Shown: one piece after another, positions 50,524 to 59,741 of the stretch
Layout of the letters: each line of letters starts with the position of its first letter
How positions within the stretch are numbered: position 1 is the first letter of the stretch
Origin: an uncultured delta proteobacterium
Lineage (GTDB): Bacteria; Desulfobacterota; Binatia; Binatales; Binataceae
Assembly: GCA_963711565.1 (NCBI GenBank)
Contig: CAVQEQ010000003.1
Coordinates: 64,001 to 128,000 of the forward strand
Reading direction: 5' to 3'
Length of the DNA stretch: 64,000 nt
The notes under the pieces: model-generated
The model's database searches: none
Told to the model about the DNA's origin: nothing
Seen by the model: only the letters and a program-made list of their open reading frames with translations
Position numbers and translations under genes: made by a program

Positions 50524-52482
50524 TCAGTTCGACGCCGTCTCCGCCAACCGCTTGCGGAAGCGCCCGAGCGCCATCAACGGAAAGTAGTGCGCGTACATGT
50601 GGTAGCGAAGATAGAAATGATTCGGAAACCCGTTGCCGGTCGATTCCCGCTCGTCCCATACGCCTTCGTCGTTCTGCCGCTCTGAGAGCCATTGCGCACC
50701 GCGCATCGCACTTTCGCCGATGCCTTCTTCACCGGCGATCAATCCGATCAGTCCCCACGCCGTTTGCGACGCGGTGCTGGCGCCGCGGCCGTGCCAGGCC
50801 GGATCTTTGTCGGAGAGCGGACTCTCGCCCCATCCGCCGTCCGGATTCTGCTTCGACTTGAGCCACGCGACGGCGCGCTTGATCCATGGCTCATTGATAT
50901 CGACGCCGATTGCGCGCAGACCGGACAGCGCCGAGAACGTGCCGTAGATATAATTGACGCCCCAGCGTCCCCACCATCCGCCCGCCGGCGACTGATTCTT
51001 CTTGAGCCACTCGATCGCGCGCTTCGCCACGGGATGCTCGGTTCGATAGCCGACCGCTGCCATCATCTCGAGCACGCGACCGGTGAGGTCGGGGCACGAC
51101 GGATCGGTTACCGCTTCAACGTCCGCCAACGGCAGATGATTGAGCCAGGTTGAATCGTTGTCAGTGTCGAAGGCCGCGAAGCCGCCGTCCTTCGATTGCA
51201 TTCCCATCACCCAGTTCGCGCCTGTGCGAACGGCGCGTTCCTTCGCCGCCGGATCGGTCGCGTTCGAGTCCGCAAGCACTGACAGGATTACGGCGGAATC
51301 GTCAACGTCGGGATAGCAATCGTTGTAGAACTGGAACGCCCAGCCGCCGGGTTCGAGGTCGGGGCGTTTAACCGACCAATCGCCCTTCTTGAAAATCTGA
51401 TGATCGATCAGCCACCGCGAGGTCTTCTTGAGCGCCTCATCGTCGCCGGAGAGGCCAGAATCGAGCAGCGCGCGTCCGGCGAGCGCGGTGTCCCAGTTGA
51501 CCGAGACGCACGGCATGTACATGTCGTAATCGTCGAAATGCCAAATCAGTTCTTGCGACGCCTCGATCGCGCGCTTCAGCACCGGATGGTCGTTGCGGTA
51601 GCCGTTGGCTTTCAGAGCCATCGCGCTCAAAAGGTAGCACGGCTCGATCCCGCCCCACGAGCCGTTTGCCTCCTGATGCTCGAGCAGCCATTCCTCGGTG
51701 TGACGCAGCGCACGGGCGCGCAGAGATTTTATTTTGTGCCGATCGTAAAAGCGCAGCGCCTTGTCGGCGAAGTTAAGCGCATTGCGCAATGACAGCAGAT
51801 GTTTTCCGCGTGGCTGCTTGAACTTCGTGAAGTGCGGCGGCTCGATGTAGAGCTCCAACACTCCGCGCTGGTAGTCGATCTTTTTTTCGGGACGCGCCGC
51901 TTGCAGCATCATCAGTCCCATCAAGGTTCCACGCGCCCACGAGCCCAATTCGTAGATGTTGAACGGGAACCAGTTCGGAAAAAGCGAGAGCTCGACCGGC
52001 AGTGCGGCCGTCGCGTCCCAGGTGATCTGGCCCATCGACGCCAGGTAGAAGCGCGCCAGCGTCCCGCATTTCACGATGCCACCCTTCGACAGAATCCAGC
52101 GCCGCGCAGCCGCCAGCGGCTCGTCGCCCGCGCGCATCCCGGTGAGCTTCAGCGCAAAATAACTTTCGATCGTCGTCGAGAGATACCCTTCGCCACCCTG
52201 GTAGAGCGCCCAACTGCCGTCCGGACTTTGGATGTCGAGCAAGTGCTTCTTCAGGCGCGCCTCGGTCTCGAGGTCAACCGTGTCCATGAAATGATTGAAG
52301 ATGATGAACTCCGCGTTCATCTCCGCGTTGGCCTCCAGCGGCGCGTGCCAATAGCCCTCGGGTTTCTGCAGCGCGAGCAGAGCGCGTTGCGCACGATCGA
52401 CGGTGTAGTCAATCTTCGCCACGAACTCCTCATGCGGCGACATCGCGATCGCGGTGTTTCCAATTTCGATAGCCTGACTCAT
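50524..52482 (-). CDS. shc: Squalene-hopene cyclase
   Basis: DVDD catalytic motif, QW repeats (QNPDGGWGE), RWGVNYIYGT. Confidence 0.96.
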   Translation of the reverse strand: MSQAIEIGNTAIAMSPHEEFVAKIDYTVDRAQRALLALQKPEGYWHAPLEANAEMNAEFIIFNHFMDTVDLETEARLKKHLLDIQSPDGSWALYQGGEGYLSTTIESYFALKLTGMRAGDEPLAAARRWILSKGGIVKCGTLARFYLASMGQITWDATAALPVELSLFPNWFPFNIYELGSWARGTLMGLMMLQAARPEKKIDYQRGVLELYIEPPHFTKFKQPRGKHLLSLRNALNFADKALRFYDRHKIKSLRARALRHTEEWLLEHQEANGSWGGIEPCYLLSAMALKANGYRNDHPVLKRAIEASQELIWHFDDYDMYMPCVSVNWDTALAGRALLDSGLSGDDEALKKTSRWLIDHQIFKKGDWSVKRPDLEPGGWAFQFYNDCYPDVDDSAVILSVLADSNATDPAAKERAVRTGANWVMGMQSKDGGFAAFDTDNDSTWLNHLPLADVEAVTDPSCPDLTGRVLEMMAAVGYRTEHPVAKRAIEWLKKNQSPAGGWWGRWGVNYIYGTFSALSGLRAIGVDINEPWIKRAVAWLKSKQNPDGGWGESPLSDKDPAWHGRGASTASQTAWGLIGLIAGEEGIGESAMRGAQWLSERQNDEGVWDERESTGNGFPNHFYLRYHMYAHYFPLMALGRFRKRLAETASN

Positions 52483-52492
52483 GTTTCACCCT

Positions 52493-53560
52493 TCAAGGAA
52501 TCACGGCGCATTTCAGAACCACACCGCGCTCGAGCATCTCGAACACTTCCGCCAGATCGCCCAGGCGCATTCGCGCGTTGACGATCGCGCCCGCATTGAG
52601 CGCGCGCCCCGCCAGCAATTCGTAAGCGCGGCGCACATCGCGCGGCCGATAATGAAACGGCGCCATCAAGGTCAGATTGTCGTAATGCATCCGCCGCGTA
52701 TCGAGGCTGAGCGCGGTGCCGGCCGGACATCCACCGAAAAAAACCACCCGTCCTCCGCGCCGCACCCGCGCGAGCGCATCCTGCCATCCTTCGACTTGCC
52801 CGGTGCACTCGATCACGAGGTCGGGGCCGAAGCCGCCGTTGAGCCGCGCGATTTCCGCTGCGGCATCGACGCCGGCTGCATCGACGACACGATCCGCTCC
52901 CAAGTCCGCGGCCCACTTAAGGCGCTTAGTCCCCCGACCGACGACCACCACCTCGCGCACGCCCGCGGCCTTCAGCACCAACATTTGCAGCAGGCCGAAC
53001 GCGCCGCCGCCGATGATTGCGACAGTCTCGTTTTTCTCTGGACGCGCCATTTCCTGAGCATGAATCACGCAGGAGAGCGGCTCGAGCAGCGCGGCTTCCT
53101 CGAACGGCAGGTCAGCGGGCTTGATAAAAGTGTTGCGCGCGACAACGTGCGCCGGCAGCAGCAGCATGTCGGCATAGCCGCCGTGGACCATCCGCCCGAG
53201 CGCGTCGTCGCAAAGATTTTCCTGCCCATGCTGGCAGTAGAAACAGATTCCGCACGGCGCAGTCGGCGCCGCCATGATCTCGTCGCCCAGCTTGAAGGCG
53301 GTCACGCCTTCGCCCGCTTCCACTACGACGCCGGAAAACTCGTGCCCGAAGGGCATCGGAAGTTTCCAGACCGGATGGCCGCGGCGAAATGTTTTCAGAT
53401 CTGTGCCGCAACTGAGCGCGCACTTGATTTGAATCAGCAACTCGCCGGGTCCCGGATGCGGCGCGACGTAGTCGCGCAACTCGAGGCGTCCCGGCTCGAC
53501 GAGCACGGCCTGGCGCGATTGCGCGCGCGCAATTTTCGCCGACGCTTCGAGCGCGCTCAC
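52493..53560 (-). CDS. Zn-dependent polyol/alcohol dehydrogenase (MDR)
   Basis: CGTD, GHE, CGICFYC...C, EPLSC, GGGAFG. Confidence 0.9.
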   Translation of the reverse strand: MSALEASAKIARAQSRQAVLVEPGRLELRDYVAPHPGPGELLIQIKCALSCGTDLKTFRRGHPVWKLPMPFGHEFSGVVVEAGEGVTAFKLGDEIMAAPTAPCGICFYCQHGQENLCDDALGRMVHGGYADMLLLPAHVVARNTFIKPADLPFEEAALLEPLSCVIHAQEMARPEKNETVAIIGGGAFGLLQMLVLKAAGVREVVVVGRGTKRLKWAADLGADRVVDAAGVDAAAEIARLNGGFGPDLVIECTGQVEGWQDALARVRRGGRVVFFGGCPAGTALSLDTRRMHYDNLTLMAPFHYRPRDVRRAYELLAGRALNAGAIVNARMRLGDLAEVFEMLERGVVLKCAVIP

Positions 53561-54447
53561 AGTTTGCGCTCCACGACGAACGTCGCGATATGCCGCAGCG
53601 GGTCGGCGCGATCGCCGAGACCTTGCAGCGCGCGATGCGCGCGCGTTTCGAGCTCGCGCGCCAAATCCATCGAGCGCTCGATTCCCAATATCGCCGGGTA
53701 GGTCGCCTTGCCGCGCTCGAAATCTTTTTGCGTGCGCTTGCCCATCTGCTCCGGCGTGCCTTGAACGTCGAGCAGATCATCGACCACCTGGAACGCCAGC
53801 CCGAGCGCGCGCGCGTACACGTCGAGCGACTCGATCTGCGACGCGCTCGCGCCGCCGAGCCGCGCGCCCCCGCGCACCGACGCGAGGAACAGAGCTCCGG
53901 TCTTCTTGCCGTGCAGTTCTTCGAGTTCTTCCACCGTTTTCGATTTGCCCTCGCCGAGCAGATCGATCACCTGCCCAGCGACCATCCCGCCGGCTCCTGC
54001 CGCGGTCGCCAGCTCCGCGACAGTTTCGAGCACGAGTGCCGGCGACGCGCTCTTGTTCGCCGAAAGCGCGAGCACCTTGAACGCGTCCGTCAACAGCGCG
54101 TCGCCCGCGAGCGTCGCGATCGCTTCGCCGTAAACCTTGTGATTGGTCGGGCGCCCGCGGCGCATGTCGTCGTCGTCCATGCACGGCAGGTCGTCGTGAA
54201 TCAGCGAGTAGGTGTGAATCATCTCGACCGCGCACGCGAGTCCCATCGCCGCATCGACGTTGCCGCCGACCGCCTCGCACGACGCGAGCACGAGCACCGG
54301 CCGCAGCCGCTTGCCGCCCGCCAGCAGCGAGTAGCGCATCGCCTCATGCAGGCGCGCCGCCGCGCCGGTCGGTTCCTCGACGCTTTGCTTGAGGGCCCGC
54401 TCGATCGTATGCGCGCGCTCCTTCAAATAGCTGTGCAAGTCGAACAC
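53557..54447 (-). CDS. ispA: Farnesyl-diphosphate synthase
   Basis: GGKRLRP, HDDLPCMDDDDMRRG, KTGA, FQVVDD. Confidence 0.92.
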   Translation of the reverse strand: MFDLHSYLKERAHTIERALKQSVEEPTGAAARLHEAMRYSLLAGGKRLRPVLVLASCEAVGGNVDAAMGLACAVEMIHTYSLIHDDLPCMDDDDMRRGRPTNHKVYGEAIATLAGDALLTDAFKVLALSANKSASPALVLETVAELATAAGAGGMVAGQVIDLLGEGKSKTVEELEELHGKKTGALFLASVRGGARLGGASASQIESLDVYARALGLAFQVVDDLLDVQGTPEQMGKRTQKDFERGKATYPAILGIERSMDLARELETRAHRALQGLGDRADPLRHIATFVVERKL

Positions 54448-54554
54448 GTCTCGTCTCTTATCCAGATGCCGGTGACGCTTCTTTGAAACCGGGATTGTTT
54501 CGCGCGTGAAGATTCCCCCACATCGCGGGGTTCACGGGTCAGCTGCGCGATTTC

Positions 54555-55559
54555 CTACGCGACGTAGTGCCGCACCATCCGCCACGAGTCCTTCAGATTC
54601 TGGCCGAACTCGAGCGCCACCGTCCCCTCAAATCCCGAATGCAGCTTGCAATCGCGGCAGCGGAAATCCTGCTTGGTACGATAATACTCCCAATCAGTAG
54701 CCGCGTGCATCTCGTTGAGCGTCTTGTAGTGTCCGTTGGTGATCAGGTAGCACGGCCCCTTCCATCCCTGCGGATTGCGCGTGACCGTCGTCCACGGACT
54801 GCATTGCATGTCGCGTTTGCCGACCAGGTAATCGAGATAAATCGGCGTGTTGATAATCTTGTAGTCGTTCGCCATGTCGCGAACCTTGAAGAACTTCGCC
54901 GGCATCTCTTCCTTCTTCAGATACTCCTCGTCGTTCTGCAGCACCTGGTAGTGATAGCCGGGACTGAGCAGCATGCCGTCGACGCCGAGGCTGGTCAGGT
55001 ACTTGACCATGTCCTCGAGCTCATCGCCCGTGGTCTCGCGGAACACCGTCGTGTTGGTCTGCACGCGGTAGCCCTTCTCCTTCAGCATCTTGATCATCTT
55101 GACGACGATGTCGAAATGACCCACGCGGTCGGTCACGCGATCGTTGGTCTCGCGCATCCCATCAAGGTGCAGGTTGAAGCTGAGATAGGGACTCGGCGGC
55201 ACCTGCTTGACGAAGCGCTCGAGCAGGATCGCGTTGGTGCAGATCATCACGTGACGCTTTTGATCCTCGATCAATCCGCGCGTCAGCGCCGCGATATGCT
55301 TGTACATCAGCGGCTCGCCGCCGCAGATCGATACGATCGGCGCGCCGGCTTCTTCCGCCGAATGCAGCGCCTCGTCGAGCGGCATCATGTCGCGAATGGT
55401 GTCCTTGTACTCGACGATTCGCCCGCATCCGATACACGCGAGATTGCACGCATGCAGCGGTTCGAGCATCAGCACCAACGGAAAATATTTTTCACCTGAT
55501 TTTCTCTTGGCGCGCATATAGCGCCCCAGGTCGATCATCTGTCTAAGCGGAATGCGCAT
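54555..55559 (-). CDS. hpnH: Adenosyl-hopene transferase (radical SAM)
   Basis: PLVLMLEPLHACNLACIGCG, GGEPL, CSPW, PCYL, CRDCKLHSGFE. Confidence 0.9.
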   Translation of the reverse strand: MRIPLRQMIDLGRYMRAKRKSGEKYFPLVLMLEPLHACNLACIGCGRIVEYKDTIRDMMPLDEALHSAEEAGAPIVSICGGEPLMYKHIAALTRGLIEDQKRHVMICTNAILLERFVKQVPPSPYLSFNLHLDGMRETNDRVTDRVGHFDIVVKMIKMLKEKGYRVQTNTTVFRETTGDELEDMVKYLTSLGVDGMLLSPGYHYQVLQNDEEYLKKEEMPAKFFKVRDMANDYKIINTPIYLDYLVGKRDMQCSPWTTVTRNPQGWKGPCYLITNGHYKTLNEMHAATDWEYYRTKQDFRCRDCKLHSGFEGTVALEFGQNLKDSWRMVRHYVA

Positions 55560-55595
55560 ACTCGTGCGTTCTCCTGGATCGTGTTGAAGAAAAGG

Positions 55596-56306
55596 TTAGG
55601 CGGACGGCGCGCTGCCGCCCTCCGATGAAGATGTCCCCGACGGTCCGAACAGCCACTCACCCACCATTGCCACCGCCCCCTCGGGGTCGATCGCATTCGC
55701 GCCCATGAACAAATATTCGATCAGCAATCCGTTCAGCGCCGAGAGCAGGAACGCCGCCGCCGATTCCGGCGCCGACCGCCGCGTGCAGATTCCCTTTTGC
55801 TGCGCGCTGCCAATCAGATCGACAATCATCGCGCGATATCCGCCGTAGAGCTTCAGCACCTGATCGTTGAGGCTCTCGGAGAGCTTCTGGTCGTGCAGCA
55901 TCTGCGCGAGGAAAAAACGGACCGAGCTCGCGTTGTCGCGCACGAACGACAAGTAGGATTCGACCAGCTTCAGAATTTGCTGGCGCTCGTCCATCGCCGC
56001 CGCTTCTTCGGCGAAGTCGATGAAGTACGGCTCGAGCAGACGGTTGAGAACCGCGACGAACAACTCTTCCTTGGTCTTGAAATGCCAGAAAATCAGCGCC
56101 TTGCTGACGCGCGCCTCTCGCGCCACTTCCGACATCGAGGTCTCATGGAACCCGCGATTGGCGAATAGATGCATCGCGGCTTTCAGGATCTCGTCGCGCG
56201 AATCCTGCGAGCCGGTGCGCGGCTCCGCGATACCCACCTTTATCTGCGATACACCCATAACCCGGCTCTGACTCCCCGCTCTACTACTGTCGTCGCCCGT
56301 AGCCAC
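55596..56306 (-). CDS. TetR/AcrR-family regulator (start uncertain)
   Basis: ILKAAMHLFANRGFHETSMSEVAREARVSKALIFWHFKTKEEL. Confidence 0.92.
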   Translation of the reverse strand: MATGDDSSRAGSQSRVMGVSQIKVGIAEPRTGSQDSRDEILKAAMHLFANRGFHETSMSEVAREARVSKALIFWHFKTKEELFVAVLNRLLEPYFIDFAEEAAAMDERQQILKLVESYLSFVRDNASSVRFFLAQMLHDQKLSESLNDQVLKLYGGYRAMIVDLIGSAQQKGICTRRSAPESAAAFLLSALNGLLIEYLFMGANAIDPEGAVAMVGEWLFGPSGTSSSEGGSAPSA

Positions 56307-56368
56307 GAAAATCAGTCCAATGCCCGCTAATTCGAGCCGCCATCATCTGCGCGTCTCGGAATTGCGGC

Positions 56369-56437
56369 TAACCATTCGGTCAATGGAAACTTTACCGTCA
56401 CAATCTCGAAAGTCAAGAGCGACAGTCCGAGCGGTCA
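56369..56437 (-). promoter_or_regulatory. Putative promoter with two TetR-like operators
   Basis: Minus strand TTGACT-16-TAAAGT, flanked by TAACCATTCGGTCA and AGTCCGAGCGGTCA (TGACCGnnCGGTCA-like). Confidence 0.5.
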
Positions 56438-56495
56438 GTCGGTCAGCGCGGTCGGAAACGCTTTGCGGCGGCTTTGTCGCGCTAACTAGCCGATA

Positions 56496-57527
56496 TTAAG
56501 AGAGTTTTATCTCGACGCCGCCGTTGATGGACGATTTCCGCGCCGCCTCCATAAGCATAAGTGCGACTCGAGCTTCGGCCACGTTGCGCTTTGCGATGGG
56601 CGAATCCGTTCCTTCGGTGACGGCTAGCTCGAACTCCTCGGCCACTCCGCCGAACCATGCCGAATGGTACGAGTCGTCGGCCATGTCGGCAACCGAGAGG
56701 TCATCAACTTTTCCCGCGCGGTCGGTGAGCAGCACCCGATCCCCTTCAATCTCCAGACTCGCGCGCTCTCCATATATGAGCGCCAACGTCCGGCGCACAG
56801 GCGCGCGCCAAGAAAGATGTACCCGGGACAGCGCTCCACTCTCGAACCGGATGCGCAGGTCGGCAACGTCGTCAACGTCGGCGCTCGCCGGCGATTCGAG
56901 CCGCGCCGAGATCGACACCGGCGCGTCGCCGCCCAGAAGCCAATTCATAAGGTAGAAGACGTGCCAGCCGTGATCGATCAAAATCCCGCCGCCCGACGCC
57001 GCCGACGAGCGCCACTTACCGCCGCTGCCGCCGGCACCGGCGGGTGCGGTCCGCAGCCGATCGATCGAGACGAATCGAACGGCGCCAAGCCTGCCCGCCT
57101 CGATCGCTTTGCGCGCAGCCATATAGGCCGGCGCGTATTTCCAATTGTGCACGCACATCAAGACGCGCCGCTTCTCGGCGGCAAGCGCAGCAAGCTCATC
57201 GAACTCGGAAAGCGTGAGCGCAAGCGGCTTCTCGACGAGCACGTGCGCGCCCGCCGCAAGGGCCGCACGCGCGGCACCATGATGCAATCCCGGCGGACTG
57301 GCGACATCGACAAAATCAGGCGCCTCACCATCGAGCATCAGCTCGAGGTCGTCGTACACGCGCACATTCTTGATGAGTCGGATAGCATCGTGACGCCGCT
57401 CGGAGACAGGATCGTGAATCGCGCCGATAGCGACATTTTCGCGCGTGCGCCATCCCGGCAGATGCGCCCGCGCGGCGACCTCGCCAAATCCCGAAATAGC
57501 CCCGCGCAGTTTTGCTCGAACAGCCAT
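56496..57527 (-). CDS. Gfo/Idh/MocA oxidoreductase
   Basis: GFGEVA, HVLVEKP, GGGILIDHGWH. Confidence 0.9.
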   Translation of the reverse strand: MAVRAKLRGAISGFGEVAARAHLPGWRTRENVAIGAIHDPVSERRHDAIRLIKNVRVYDDLELMLDGEAPDFVDVASPPGLHHGAARAALAAGAHVLVEKPLALTLSEFDELAALAAEKRRVLMCVHNWKYAPAYMAARKAIEAGRLGAVRFVSIDRLRTAPAGAGGSGGKWRSSAASGGGILIDHGWHVFYLMNWLLGGDAPVSISARLESPASADVDDVADLRIRFESGALSRVHLSWRAPVRRTLALIYGERASLEIEGDRVLLTDRAGKVDDLSVADMADDSYHSAWFGGVAEEFELAVTEGTDSPIAKRNVAEARVALMLMEAARKSSINGGVEIKLS

Positions 57528-57598
57528 TAGCGCCGTTAAGTCTCAGCTAAACCGATACCGCGAGCAACCGGCCTGCAGTCGGGTATTGTCCTGGTTTC

Positions 57599-57714
57599 AG
57601 TGGGGCGGGCCGCCGTGCCCGCCCTCTCCTCGAGGTTGCGGCCCATATCGAGCGTCGGCAGGCGTGGGCGCCGACGCCCGCGCGTCGATGGCGGGCACGG
57701 CGGCCCGCCCCACT
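57599..57714. repeat. REP-like inverted pair, family R2 copy 2
   Basis: Perfect 25-bp IR agtggggcgggccgccgtgcccgcc / ggcgggcacggcggcccgccccact. Confidence 0.85.
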
Positions 57715-57919
57715 ATAAGGCTACGCGATTTTGGACCCGCCGAAGCGATATTGAAACTAGGACACCACCCGCAGGCGCAACTCTGCACCGCAGTCCAAAC
57801 CCGGCATCGGCCACATCGGATTCCGAGCAGTTTCTTTGTGAAAGAATATCGATCCCCGATGGCAGCGCTCTTGCTCTCTCCTCCAGCGAAGGCTCAACAA
57901 CAGGGAGGACAGGCGAATC

Positions 57920-58159
57920 ATGTTCGCATGGATTCTAATCGGACTTATCTCGGGATGGCTGGCGGGCAAACTCCTGAACGGCAACGGCTACGGCATGATG
58001 GCTGACATCGGGCTCGGACTGCTAGGTGGAGTGATCGGAGGAATAATCTTCGCGGTGCTGGGAGTACAAGCGCACAACTTCATCGGCGCAATCCTGATGT
58101 CTACGGCAGGAGCCACCGCGCTGGTCATAGCAACGAGAATAATCCGCGACGAGATTTGA
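57920..58159 (+). CDS. GlsB/YeaQ/YmgE stress-response membrane protein
   Basis: WILIGLISGWLAG, DIGLGLLGGVIGG. Confidence 0.88.
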   Translation: MFAWILIGLISGWLAGKLLNGNGYGMMADIGLGLLGGVIGGIIFAVLGVQAHNFIGAILMSTAGATALVIATRIIRDEI

Positions 58160-58171
58160 GTATCTCTTCCA

Positions 58172-58194
58172 ACACCTCTCCCGGGGGGAGAGGT
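58172..58194. terminator. Palindrome between convergent genes (REP-like, possible bidirectional terminator)
   Basis: acctctccc-ggg-gggagaggt; same unit recurs at 59120-59246. Confidence 0.5.
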
Positions 58195-58209
58195 AAATTC
58201 CTCATTCAA

Positions 58210-59061
58210 TTAGATGTACAGCGCTGCGATCTTCTTCAGCGTCGCTTCCGTGTTTGCGAAGGTCAGCTCTCCCAGGCCTGCGACGAAACGCCTGGCGCCG
58301 GCCTCCGCGAACTCTTTCAAGCCGTCTTGCACCTTTGCGCGGTCGCCGCGGATTCCGCCCATGATCGTGATGTCCAGTTCGGCGAAATTCCTACCAACCG
58401 CCGCGCACTCGCGCTTGAGATCATCGACGCGCGTCTTCAACTGAGCCGCGTTCAGCGCGATCGGGCACCATCCATCAGCCCACTTCGCCACGCGCTTGAG
58501 CGCGTTCTTGTCGAGGCTACCGATCAACACCGGCGGTCCGGACTTCTGCGCTGGCTTCGGCAACGATTTCACCGGCGGAAACTTGACGTACTTGCCGTCG
58601 AACGAGACCGCGTCCTCGGTCCACAGCTTGCGCATCGCGGCGACTATCTCGGCGGTCTCACTCCATCGATGAGGGAAATCGACGCCGAACAAATCGCTCT
58701 CCTCGCGCAGCCATCCGGCGCCGATTCCGAACAGCACGCGGCCGCCCGAGTATGCGTCGAGCGTCGCGAACTGTTTCGCCAGCGCGAGCGGCTCATGCTC
58801 CGGGACGAGGCATATACCGGTGGCGAGCTTAAGATTTTTGGTGACGGCGGCCGCCATGCTGAGCGCGATCATCTGATCGGCCATCGTGAAGTACTGCGGC
58901 GGAATCGGGCCGCCGGTGGGAAACTGCTGCGTCGGATTCGCGGGCATCGCAGGATGCTCGGGCACCCAGACGGATTCGAAGCCGAGCGATTCGGCGACGC
59001 GCGCAAATTCCGCGGGATGAGCATTCTTGCCGGTGAATGGAGTAAGCAATCCAATTTTCAT
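58210..59061 (-). CDS. LLM-class F420-dependent oxidoreductase
   Basis: AESLGFESVWVPEH, LAKQFATLD, GIGAGWLREE, PKPAQ. Confidence 0.9.
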   Translation of the reverse strand: MKIGLLTPFTGKNAHPAEFARVAESLGFESVWVPEHPAMPANPTQQFPTGGPIPPQYFTMADQMIALSMAAAVTKNLKLATGICLVPEHEPLALAKQFATLDAYSGGRVLFGIGAGWLREESDLFGVDFPHRWSETAEIVAAMRKLWTEDAVSFDGKYVKFPPVKSLPKPAQKSGPPVLIGSLDKNALKRVAKWADGWCPIALNAAQLKTRVDDLKRECAAVGRNFAELDITIMGGIRGDRAKVQDGLKEFAEAGARRFVAGLGELTFANTEATLKKIAALYI

Positions 59062-59119
59062 TTTAAGTTCTCCCGGGACACATCTTACCTAGCTCGTTCG
59101 CTTTTCTCTGTCATCTCCT

Positions 59120-59246
59120 ACACCTCTCCCCGCGGGAGAGGATGCGCCTCCGGCGCGGGTGAGGGCGCGCGCATCCAACTCAATGCCAGCGCCCTCACCC
59201 GTGCGCGACACAAGTGTCGCCGCGCGACCTCTCCCGCGGGGAGAGG
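59120..59246. repeat. REP-like composite palindrome
   Basis: cctctccccgcgggagagg...gggtgagggcgc / gcgccctcaccc...cctctcccgcgggagagg. Confidence 0.7.
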
Positions 59247-59252
59247 TAACTG

Positions 59253-59726
59253 CTACCACCCAAAAAAATCTTTCGCGGCGACGAATTTCGCGACGCCGGC
59301 CGCTTCGCCCGCGAGCCGATCGACTTCCTGATCGCCGACCATCGTCGATGACGTAAGGTCAACGCCGTACAGGTCGGCGAGTTCGGTGATCATGCCACCC
59401 CTGGGCTTGCGGCATTCGCAGCGGTCGTCGTCGGTATGCGGACAGATTTGCCATCCGGTCAGGATGTCGCCGAGCTGATGGTCGAGTTGCGCAAGCGCGG
59501 CTTCGACTTTTTCCGCCTTGAGACGGCCGCGCCTGATTCCCGATTGGTTCGTCACTACGAACATCAAATGGTTATGCAGGGGGCGGAGCTTTTCGGCTAC
59601 GTTGGGGAGCAGTTCGACTACGAGGTTGCCGTCGGCGTCTATCGGAATCTCGCGCGACTCGTTGAGCTTGACGAGCGTGCCACCGAGATCGAAGAACAAC
59701 GCGGCGTTGCCGTTCGGATTGGTCAT
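59253..59726 (-). CDS. HAD-IIIA (GmhB-like) phosphatase
   Basis: FDLGGT, VTNQSG, CPH...CECRKP, MVGD. Confidence 0.85.
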   Translation of the reverse strand: MTNPNGNAALFFDLGGTLVKLNESREIPIDADGNLVVELLPNVAEKLRPLHNHLMFVVTNQSGIRRGRLKAEKVEAALAQLDHQLGDILTGWQICPHTDDDRCECRKPRGGMITELADLYGVDLTSSTMVGDQEVDRLAGEAAGVAKFVAAKDFFGW

Positions 59727-59741
59727 GAAAAAAGATTTCGC

